A stretch of 63,761 bases of DNA, the filler included, from Pirum gemmata (taxonomy: Eukaryota): the NCBI GenBank assembly GCA_002812295.1. It is 19 parts of 19 records of this genome, joined end to end, with 100 filler letters (N's around TTAATTAATTAA, not from the genome) between each part and the next. Parts side by side here need not be neighbours in the genome. Positions count along the whole stretch, not along the records: positions 54,024 to 57,307 come from PDIN01002902.1; positions 57,408 to 60,689 come from PDIN01002903.1; positions 60,790 to 63,761 come from PDIN01002948.1; 16 more parts are not named here. One strand, given 5' to 3'. The position numbers and the translations under genes were made by a program. A model generated the notes under the pieces. It saw nothing but the letters and a program-made list of their open reading frames with translations, did not search any database and had not been told where the DNA came from. Below, one piece after another: positions 54,024 through 63,761 of the stretch (position 1 is its first letter; every line of letters starts with the position of its first letter).

Positions 54024-54368
54024 CTGAATATTTATTTGGTTGGTTATAATATTAAAATTGACATTATTAAATGAATAAATAGATAATAAAATATACCAAA
54101 CTAAATAAAATGGATTTATATTGTATTAATTTGGTATTCTTTATTGTATATTTTATCATGACAAAACGAACTGAAAAGCACGTGCTTTCAGTTGTGTTTG
54201 TCATTATGTCTTAATAAAATAAAGGATAGACTACCAAATTAATACAACATAAATCCATTTTAGTTTATTTGGTATATTTTATTATCTATTTATTCATTTA
54301 ATAATGTCAATTTAAATATTATAACCAACCAAATAAATATTCAGAGTGACAAAATAAATGAAAAGCAC
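54024..54368. mobile_element. Two family B MITEs fused in inverted orientation
   Basis: Junction GAAAAGCAC|GTGCTTTCAG at 54181/54182. The arms are diverged reverse complements. Confidence 0.8.
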
Positions 54369-55989
54369 AGTACTAATATCACGTACCTAACCCTAACCCT
54401 AACTCTAACTCTAACCCTAACCCTAACCCTAACCCTAACCCTAACCCTAACCCTAATCATAGCTACTAGGTCTACTACTACTACTAGCTAGGGGGCGGGT
54501 CTATCGTTGCTATTTGTTTTGTCACTCTGAATATTTATTTGGAGGGTTATAATCTTTAAATTGACTTTTTTAAATCAATACTTAGATAATAAAATATGCC
54601 AAATTAAATTAAATGGATTTATATTGTATTAATTTGGTACTATTTACCCTAACCCCTAACCCTAACCCTAACCCTAACCCTAACCCCAACCCCAACCCTA
54701 ACCCTAACCCTAACCCTAACAACTGAAAATCACTATATTATTACACTATATTATACTACTACGATGTATTATATCTATTGTCTATTTTATTACAGTTATC
54801 CTCTCAATCTTTAATTTGGTACTATTTACGTTTATAATTGAACTTGTTTATAAAATAAAACAATATGTAAAAAATACCAATTTAATTAAAACATGCCCGA
54901 TAGTTTAACCATAATAATAATTTGGTAGCGTTTATTTCAGTTTTTGAACCGAACAAAATTAAGTCACGTCAAGGGGTAGGTAGGTAAGCGGTATTTGACC
55001 GGAAATTAACGTCGAGGTGTAGGTAGGTAGGTAGGCGGTATTTGAAGCTATATTTGACTATATAAACTTTTGTAAAATCTGGAAGAAATTCCAATTTTTT
55101 TTTGGGGGAGGGGGGGGGGTTTAGCTAGCTAGACTATTTGACCAGAAGTTGGCGTTACGCAGTATTTAAACACTCCCTTATATTATATATGATATCATTG
55201 ATATATGATATTATTAATAATATATATAGTACTTGTAGTGTACTTACACGTTGTTGTATAACAGTATAAGTATCATATCATACAGTATATTATGATAATT
55301 ACTTGTATTTTCTTTTTTTTTTTTTTTTAAATTTCCAGAGGAAAAATAGTGGAAAAATGTCACTAAAATGTCGCCACTCGCCTTTTGTCAGCATTTTTGC
55401 AATCTTATTTCTTACTTTTTAATGATTCGTTTTTGCACTACTTTTAACATACTTTTAACATCTACTTTTCCTAAGCTTAAAGGACGGAATTGAAAAAAGT
55501 CAAATTTATAGACTTCTAACTTCACAGAATCTCACTGTTCTCACTGCAACTTCTCAGCGATAGTAGTCTAATTGTTTTGTATTCAAAAAATTGATATAAT
55601 ATGGGTATATCATAACATCACTGGTATATCATATAATAAATTCATTTGATATAAGAAAAATGGATTTTTTTTTTATTATCAAAAATTGCTTCTGTCAGAC
55701 TGTTCAAACTCTGTTCAACAAGTGCTTCTTGTTATTACTAAACTTATTAGTACTTTGGAGACTCGGACTCTTTGGAAATTGGAGGATTTGATGGAGGCTA
55801 GTTGAAACCCTAACCCTAACCCTAACCCTAACCCTAACCCTAACCCTAACCCTAACCCTAACCCTAACCCTAACCCTAACCCGAAATCAGGTAAATACAA
55901 TAACAAAATTAGATCTAGTCTAAAAATCGGTTCAAGAGTTATAAGATGTGTGGGGTACTGGAGTGGACTCCGAGTGGTACTGTTAGTTT

Positions 55990-56169
55990 TAGCTTCGGCT
56001 TCGGCTTGAAGGCTTCGGCTTCGGCTTCGTCGGTTTCGGCTTCCGTTTCGGCTTCGGCTTCAGCTTCGGCTTCGGCTTCGGCTTCGGCTTGGGCTTGGGC
56101 TTGGGCTTAGGCTTAGGCTTGGGCTTAGGCTTAGAGGCTTAGGTTTAGGTTTAGGTTTAGGCTTAGGGC
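55990..56169. repeat. Hexamer gradient GGCTTC-GGCTTG-GGCTTA-GGTTTA
   Basis: Directly visible. Confidence 0.9.
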
Positions 56170-56505
56170 CATGCCAAATAAATAAATTAGAAATCAATTC
56201 AAGAATGGGAGGGTTAAAAAAGTAGCTATGGGAAAACATAATCGAATCAAACAGCTCGATCCTAATTATAATATAGTGTCAATTTTAAAATGATATTCTT
56301 TTTTTTTTCGAGTTTCAAGTTTTTTCTATGAAATTTCTAAAAAAATAATAAGAATTTTTTTTGAATCAATACACTCTCGAAATTAGCTAGTCTCGATACA
56401 ATGGTTTTTTTCTGTAATGATACGACTATATGTCTGATATTAATGATATTATTAGTACATTATATCTACCTTTTAAAGCATTTTAATTAACATAAATAAA
56501 TAGGT

Positions 56506-57190
56506 CTAACCCTAACCCTAACCCTAACCCTAACCCTAACCCTAACCCTAACCCTAACCCTAACCCTAACCCTAACCCTAACCCTAACCCTAACCCTAAC
56601 CCTAANNNNNNNNNNNNNNNNNNNNNNNNNNNNNNNNNNNNNNNNNNNNNNNNNNNNNNNNNNNNNCTAACCCTAGTACCCTAACCCTAACCCTAACCCT
56701 AACCCTAACCCTAACCCTAACCCTAACCCTAACCCTAACCCTAACCCTACTCCTAATATAATCTTAATCCTAATCCTTAACCCTTAACCTAACCCTAACC
56801 TTACTCCATAGCTAACCCTAGCCCTGACACTAATTCTAACCTTAACCCTAACCGGATATAATCCCTTAACTTAAACCTAACCTTTTAAACCTAACCGTAA
56901 CCGTAACCTAATCCTAACCCTAATAGTCCCTAACCCTAACCCTGACCCTAACCAGTCCTAACCCTAATTCTAACCTTTTAACCATTTATAACTCTGATTA
57001 TAATAGCTCCCCAATCCTAACCCCAACCATGAGACCCATACCCTAACCCTAACCCTAAACTTATAAACCCTACCCAACTACTATCATTACCACACAACTA
57101 ACACATGGGCATAGGGGCTAAAGTAGTTCCTATGGTATCTGTAACCCTAACTTACTTAACCCTAACCCTGACCCTAACCCTGACCCTAAT
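56506..57190 (-). repeat. Long interstitial (CCCTAA)n tract with an internal gap, decaying rightwards
   Basis: Near-pure repeats at 56506-56749 (N gap 56606-56666), then degenerate copies. Confidence 0.92.
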
Positions 57191-57559
57191 AATAGACTAT
57201 ATATACTTTTGTGACTCTTTTATGCTATTATATTATGGTAATTATAAATTTCTCTTAATTGATATAAACTTATAGCAAAATAAACCATTATTATTATTAT
57301 TATTATTNNNNNNNNNNNNNNNNNNNNNNNNNNNNNNNNNNNNNNNNNNNNTTAATTAATTAANNNNNNNNNNNNNNNNNNNNNNNNNNNNNNNNNNNNN
57401 NNNNNNNAACCCTAACCCTAACCCTAACCCTAACCCTAACACTCCCTAACCCTGACCTAACCTTAACCCTAACCCTAACCCTAACTTTAACGTCAATTAA
57501 CCTTGGAATCATTATTTATAATCACATGCATGTACACTTATTATTATAATATTAAATAG

Positions 57560-57887
57560 GAATGGGCTAGAAACGTTGGCCAATATGATTCTGCAGTAAA
57601 TCATGTTTACAAAGGTATTGATATTAATAATGATTATGAATTACAAAGGTTGTTAAATACAGAACATCCCAATGATTGTACATTGCCTTGTCCCGAAGAT
57701 GAAACTAGCACTATACCAGATTGTCCTGATCCTTCCAGTTTGCCCAATTGTACCCAGGGTGAATGCGCGATTGAATTAAACGTTATGAGCTTCAATATAC
57801 AAGGGCATGCACAGGGTAGTAATTATTATCAGCAAGCTGAATTAATTAAATATCACCAAGTTAATGTTGTTGGTATGCAAGAAGCAG
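57560..57887 (+). CDS. Internal exon, Cys/Pro linker plus start of an endonuclease/exonuclease/phosphatase (EEP) domain
   Basis: AATAG acceptor and GTAACT donor. LNVMSFNI...AELIK...VNVVGMQEA. Confidence 0.82.
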
Positions 57888-57943
57888 GTAACTTAATTAA
57901 GTATTTATTATTATTATATTGTTGTCGTTATTGTTGTTGTCGC

Positions 57944-57996
<53 letters not shown>

Positions 57997-60812
57997 GTAT
58001 TGTTATTATTGTTATTATTATTACTAGTAGTAGTAGCATTAGTTATTATTATTTATTTTTTTTAATTTTTTAATAGATCAAACTGAGAGTAAGTTTTAGT
58101 AAACTTTATAAATTTTTAGAAACAAGAATGTCCAAAATTAGACGAGACGAATATTTGATCGAAAATTGTTAATCAAAATAAACACCCTCTCCAAAACCGA
58201 TTCGAGATGCGGGAAAAACCATCGAATCGAGACTAGTTCGAAACCTTCGATATTTTTCGATCTAATTTTTGAGTATTGACACTGTATTGACTCACTTTTG
58301 ATTTCATAAATTTTTAGAAACAAAAATGTTCAAAATTAGACGAGACGAATATTTGATCGAAAATTGTTAATTATAAATTCCATAATCTGAAGCGGATAAT
58401 TTAGAATCTTTGTAATCATCAACGTCATAATAATAATTATATCGTGCTTTTCAGTTGTTTTGTCATCATAAAATATACAATAAAGAGTACCAAATTAATA
58501 CTATATAAATCCATTTCATTTAATTTGGTATATTTTATTATCTATTTATTCATTTAAAAATGTCAGCTTAAATATTATAACCAACCAAATAAATATTCGG
58601 AGTGACAAAATAAATGAAAAGCACAATATGTTGTCTTAATCAAAATAAACACCCTCTCCAAAACCGATTCGACAAGCGGGAAAAACCATCGAATCGAGAC
58701 TAGTTCCAAACTTTCGAAATTTTTCGATCTAATTTTTAAGTATTGACAGTGTATTGACTCACTTTTGATTTCATTAAAAAATTCTTAGTAATTATTCTTA
58801 GAAATTTCATAGAAAAAACTTGAAACTCGAAAAAAACAAAAGAATAACATTTCAAAATTGTCACTATTTAATAATTAGGATTCGATTATGTTTTCCCGTA
58901 TCTCCGGGCTATAAATATAAAGGAGAGAAAGTAGAGGATTACTTCACTAAGCCAAATTGCTTGAACTTTTCTATCTAAAACACTACATGTACAACGTTAA
59001 CGAAATACGATTATTTACAATAAAATGAACATTTAAAAAAGTTTTTAATTATTTTTATTATTTTTATTATTATTAATTAATATTATTATTACAAAACAAA
59101 TGAAAAGCACCAATGACCTAAATTATTTTATCTTGTATTACAGAGCGTTTGTTATTGGCTGCTTTGCTTTTTCCCTTTTCAAATGTCTCCCAATTCTGCT
59201 CGAGCTCGAAAACTCGAAGTTCTGCTTTTGGTGAAAAAAAAAAAAAAATAAATATATTTGAATAATTAAAATTTTCGAACTTATTTAATTAATGCATAGG
59301 CTCGAAAACTCGATTTTTTAAACAAAGCAGAATTAGGAGCTAGGAATTAGGAGAGAGTCTGGCTAGCTAGCTAAACGTTTTAGGCATTTTTTTGTTTTTT
59401 TGACAAATCATAGTTTAGCAGCCTTTTTGTTTCTGAAATAAACGTACCAAATTGTTATTAGGGTTAAACTATCGGGCACTTTTTAATTAATTTGGTAGTT
59501 TATTAGTAATGTTGTATTTTACAAAAAAGTTCAATTATACACTTAAACAATACCAAATTAAAGATTGAGAAAACAACAATCTATCCAATGTCCATCCCTT
59601 GTATTGCCTTTCTCGACATTTCATTTTGTCAGCTTCTCCCAAAGGCTTCTCCAAGTTCTCCCAATTTTGCTTTGTTTTAAAAATCGAGTTTTCGAGCCTA
59701 GGCATTAATTAAATAAGTTCGAAAATAACAGTTAAGTATTCGAGTATATTTATTTATTAATAAACCCGAAAAAATGGAAAAAATAATTTTCGAACAGAGC
59801 TAACCCTAACCCTAACCCTAACCCTAACCCTAACCCTTAACCCTTAACCCCTAACCCCTAACCCCTAACCCTAACCCAAACCCTAACCCTAACTAACCCT
59901 AACCCTAACCCTAACCCTTTCGACAGCAGAAATTCGAGCTTTCGGGCTCGAGGATTGGGAGGTTGGTTTTAAATATCATAATAGCCACTGCCAGTTATAC
60001 TACTATGTATATTACTATATATAGACTTACTACTATGTATATTACTATATATAGAATTTCTATATATAGATAATATATACACGCTATAATTTATACTCTC
60101 CCAATTCTGCTCGAAACCAAAAACTCGAAAAAAGAAGAATTTCAGCTCTGTTTGAATAAAACTTTTTTTTAATTTAAAAAATAATTAAATAAATATACTC
60201 GAAGCTCAAAATGTTCAAACTTATTTAATTAATACATAGACTCGAAAAATCGATTTTTTTTTTTTTTTAAAAAACAAAGCAGAATTGGGAGAAGTTATAA
60301 TTTTAGGCTAGTAGTTATATTTTAGGCTAGTTATATTAGGCAAGAAAAAACTCGAAAAAAATTGTAAATACGAATATAATATTTATAGTAGTTCGAAATA
60401 TTTTTTATACACTTCGATAATGTTCTAAAAACGCCCTAAGTTTTTTTAACCAATCAACTGTGACTTAAACACTAACAAATAGACTTCTGCCCCTAAAACT
60501 CGACTTTCTGCTTTTACCTTCTACCCCAAAAAGCTCGATTTCTGCCGAGCAGAATTTCTGATCTGTTTGGCCTTTTCGAAATTATTTTTATTTCGAGTTT
60601 ATAAATAAATTTATAGATTTGAACATTTATATTTTTATAGTGTAGAATCAATCTCCTTTTTTTTTTTTTTTTTTAAAAAATTTTTTTTTNNNNNNNNNNN
60701 NNNNNNNNNNNNNNNNNNNNNNNNNNNNNNNNNTTAATTAATTAANNNNNNNNNNNNNNNNNNNNNNNNNNNNNNNNNNNNNNNNNNNNAATAATAATAA
60801 TAATAAAATTAC

Positions 60813-61391
60813 CGTGCATACGCTTTGCCAAGTACACTAAAACTTTCAGATTTTTGGCAAAAATCGAAGTACTGGAGCCACAAACGCCTATCACCACTAA
60901 ATTTTTTTAACATTCTATTAAAAATAAAGTGCAACCTTCTGATCATTGAATGATCACTTGGAAGGTTGTTTCTCGTTATTCCTAGCCTTCTTTTTCTGGC
61001 AACCCGTAGAGTATTTAAATTCAATTCGTACTGATTTCCAAAGATAAAAGAGAATGAGTTCATGAAAAAATATACAAAAGTAAATAATAAAATTGTTGTT
61101 TTTGAAAAATATGATACATATTCAGAAATACATAACAAATATTCTATTGCTGATAAAAGAAAACTCAAAAAAAAACTTTGAAAAAGAAAATAAAAACTGT
61201 AATATACAACTCACCTGGATAAATTTCAAATAATCTGATTTTTCTGTAACCTTTCTGGCCAAATTATACTCAAAATTAGTTCTTTGCTTTACAATGGCTT
61301 TGATTTCCTTATCCGCGAAAATATCACGCTTTGAAAAATCGTCAAGCTCTGGAACCATATCTTCCAAGAGTGAATGTACCGAGTCCGCCAT
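60813..61391 (-). CDS. UTP6: U3 snoRNA-associated protein 6, first two exons (3' partial)
   Basis: Exons 61391-61215 and 61030-60813. MADSVHSLLEDMVPEL...EIKAIVKQRTNFEY...DYLKFIQYELNLNTLRVARKRRL...KFSGDRRLWLQY. Confidence 0.93.
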
Positions 61392-61954
61392 TTTGAAAGT
61401 TGGTTGTGGTTATGTAAAAATCGAAAAGAAATATTATAATAATACTAATTATTTTTGAGAAAAGCTTTGTATAACTATTAATACGAAGAGAGTGTGTTTT
61501 GAAATAAGTACAGTAGTGACTTTTTTTTATTAAAATATATATTATATAAAAAATTGTAAAAAATACAATAAAAACAATAAAAACAAAAAATTGGGCTTGT
61601 TTACATAAGGCTATCGTATAAACTATCAGTGATAGAACTTTGTATAGACTATATCTTCAAAATGGTTTCAAAACTCTTTCAAACACTTTTCAAACATAGT
61701 TCAAGACTTCAAGTATCACCTGGATTCAGTCTGGATTCGCATTCGCAGCACCATATTTTTTTTTCCATGTGTGTCTTGGTTTTTAGTGCTAGAAACTGCC
61801 TTTTTTTCAAATTGTATGGGTGATTACTGCCAAAAGTCTTCCAAAAAATGCCTTTGAAAGTACGTTCATTTGCTTATTTTTACCACCCACCTGTGGGTTA
61901 ATTAAGCAATCCCTAGAAAATACCACTTTTCCTCCTGTCTACTCTCGACCTGCG

Positions 61955-62400
61955 TAGTAGCTAGACTAGCTAGCTATCGATAGTCAAGCTGCTACAAGCC
62001 TACAACTCTCTACCACGGTAGAGAAGCTACTACTAGCTAGCTAGCTAGCTCTAGCTAGCTAGGGTTAGGGTTAGGGTTAGGGTTAGGGTTAGGGTTAGGG
62101 TTTAGTTAGGGTTAGGGTTAGGGCTACTAGAGCTAGGGTTAGGGTTAGGGTTTAGGGTAAGGGTTAGGGCTAACTAGGGTTAGTTAGGGTTAGGGTTGAG
62201 TCTATCTAGCTAGCTAGCTAGCTAGCTAGAGCTTAGAACTTCTATCGCGGGGACTACTACTAGAGCTAGCTAGCTTAGCCCGGTCAAGCTATCATAGTTA
62301 CTACTATAGCTAGCTATCAGATAGCTACGATAGTGTAGATATTACGAGCTGTCTTTCTTCTCAAAACCAGCATCTCTTTCTACTAGCTAGCTAGCTAGGT
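61955..62400. repeat. Interleaved (CTAG)n and (TTAGGG)n in the divergent intergenic region
   Basis: Directly visible between the UTP6 ATG and the 62734 ATG. Confidence 0.88.
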
Positions 62401-62573
62401 CTAATGAACATAAAAGCTATCAATAAAAGATATCATAGTTTGTTATTTTAGAATCCTATCAGGTGGATATTTAGTTTGTCTCTTTGTTAAAAGCAGGTTT
62501 AACTCATTAACTGTGCTTAAGACAATATACAGTGGAGTGTGTATACTATTCACTGTTCTTTTCATTTTTATTT

Positions 62574-62662
<89 letters not shown>

Positions 62663-62733
62663 ATTATTGTTTAATTATGTTGCTCTTTCATTTTACGTAA
62701 ATCACGCTAAATCACGCTTGTTCAATAGTAACT

Positions 62734-63009
62734 ATGAGTAATTCCTCTGAAGAGCATAAACATTCCCAGCGAGCTGATCTAGATGAAATTATTGAAATTC
62801 ATAGTAACATAAGCTCAAGTACCCATAATCAACTGGAAGCGGATAATGGCTCTTTGCAGAACCGTGGCCAGCCTATGGGTATAGATATTCCGGATAGTTT
62901 TGATGATGGAACACTACCAGACGACTTTAAAATAGGAGTTCAACGTGATTATTCTGTTGCCAATAGGACTAGATTTGAAACTAAATTCATTGAGGAACTA
63001 AGAGGACAT
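62734..63009 (+). CDS. Golgin A7 / ERF4 (GCP16)-like protein, first coding exon
   Basis: IGVQRDYSVANRTRFETKFIEELRGH matches the family QRDYS...F.TKF..EL motif. GTAATG donor at 63010. Confidence 0.8.
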
Positions 63010-63761
63010 GTAATGCTTCGATGTTAAATGTTTGTATTTTTGACTTTCTTTTAGTATTGCTTCTGTTTGTGCTCTTTTCTTGTTTTGTTTGTTATGTGTT
63101 CATTTGTTTATTTGTTTTATTTGCTTTATTTGTTTTATTTGTTTTATTTGTTTATTTTTTTATTTTTTTATTTTTTTATTTGTTTATTTGTTTATCTGTT
63201 CATTTGTTTGTTTATTTATTTGTTTGTTTATTTATTTATTTGTTTATTTGTTTATTTGTTTATTTGTTTATTTGTTTATTTGTTTATTTGTTTGTTTGTT
63301 TATTTGTTTATTTGTTTATTTGTTTATTTGTTTATTCGTATATTTGTATATGCTTTTGCTTATGTCATGCTATGTTTATATGCCTATTTCATGTTTACGT
63401 TTTATGATCGTATTTATATGTTTGTGTCTGTGTTTGTGTTTGTTTGGTTTTGATTTTGGTTTTGGTTTTGGTTTTGATTTTGGTTTTGGTTTTGGTTTTG
63501 GTTTTGGTTTTGGTTTTGGTTCTAGTTTTGCTTTTGCTTTTGCTTTTGCTTTTGCTTTACTTTTGATTTTACTTTTATTTTTTAGTTTCGGTTTTGGTTT
63601 TGGTTTTGGTTTTGGTTTTGGTTTTTTACTTTTACTTTTACTTTTACTTTTACTTTTACTTTTAGGTTGTGTTTGTACTTTTGCTTATCCCTACATTCGA
63701 TCTCTGTTTATAACTATTTTATGTCTGCGTTACGTTACACTTACTATTTATTTATTAATTA

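Noticed and set aside
57408..57490. CCCTAA at a contig start as a true chromosome end
   Set aside because: It is degenerate and followed within ~70 bp by an internal exon. Contig 3 starts with TTAGGG in the wrong orientation. Contigs simply break at repeats.
3293..60789. Regularly spaced TTAATTAATTAA motif every ~3.4 kb, suggestive of an array or nanochromosome structure
   Set aside because: Always centred in 44+44 Ns, so it is an artificial linker between similarly sized contigs.
39470..63009. Two ERF4/Golgin-A7-like genes as a cluster
   Set aside because: They lie on different artificially joined contigs.
63667..63715. Second exon of the ERF4-like gene after TTTTAG
   Set aside because: In-frame reading gives a short non-conserved peptide and a stop. 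The true exon probably lies beyond the window.

Overview
AT-rich, intron-rich eukaryotic DNA, not one continuous locus. It is 19 unrelated ~3.0-3.3 kb contigs joined by 18 identical 100-nt artificial spacers (44 N + TTAATTAATTAA + 44 N), so gene order across spacers is meaningless. The genetic code looks standard: credible genes end in TAA, TAG and TGA, and introns are GT-AG. TTAGGG repeats and poly-Asn tracts suggest a protist, but the taxon cannot be fixed from the sequence. Complete gene models: an MFS sugar porter, a 4-exon TPR protein, an intronless ERF4/Golgin-A7-like gene and an orphan membrane protein. Partial genes: UTP6, a GOLGA7/ERF4-like first exon, a LURP-one/Tubby-C2 terminal exon, 5'-nucleotidase exons, an EEP-domain exon, a kinase-like exon, a PH-like exon and an Asn-rich protein. 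Mobile DNA comprises a scrambled Ty3/Gypsy relic, a non-LTR RT relic and about eight short interspersed repeat families, most with terminal inverted repeats (TIRs). Most ORFs in the supplied track are microsatellite artefacts. I see no well-supported novel multi-gene system. The best leads are abundant interstitial telomeric repeats that look copied or inserted into MITEs, (CTAG)n tracts upstream of genes, a satellite built from an exon-intron unit, and a probable nested antisense gene.
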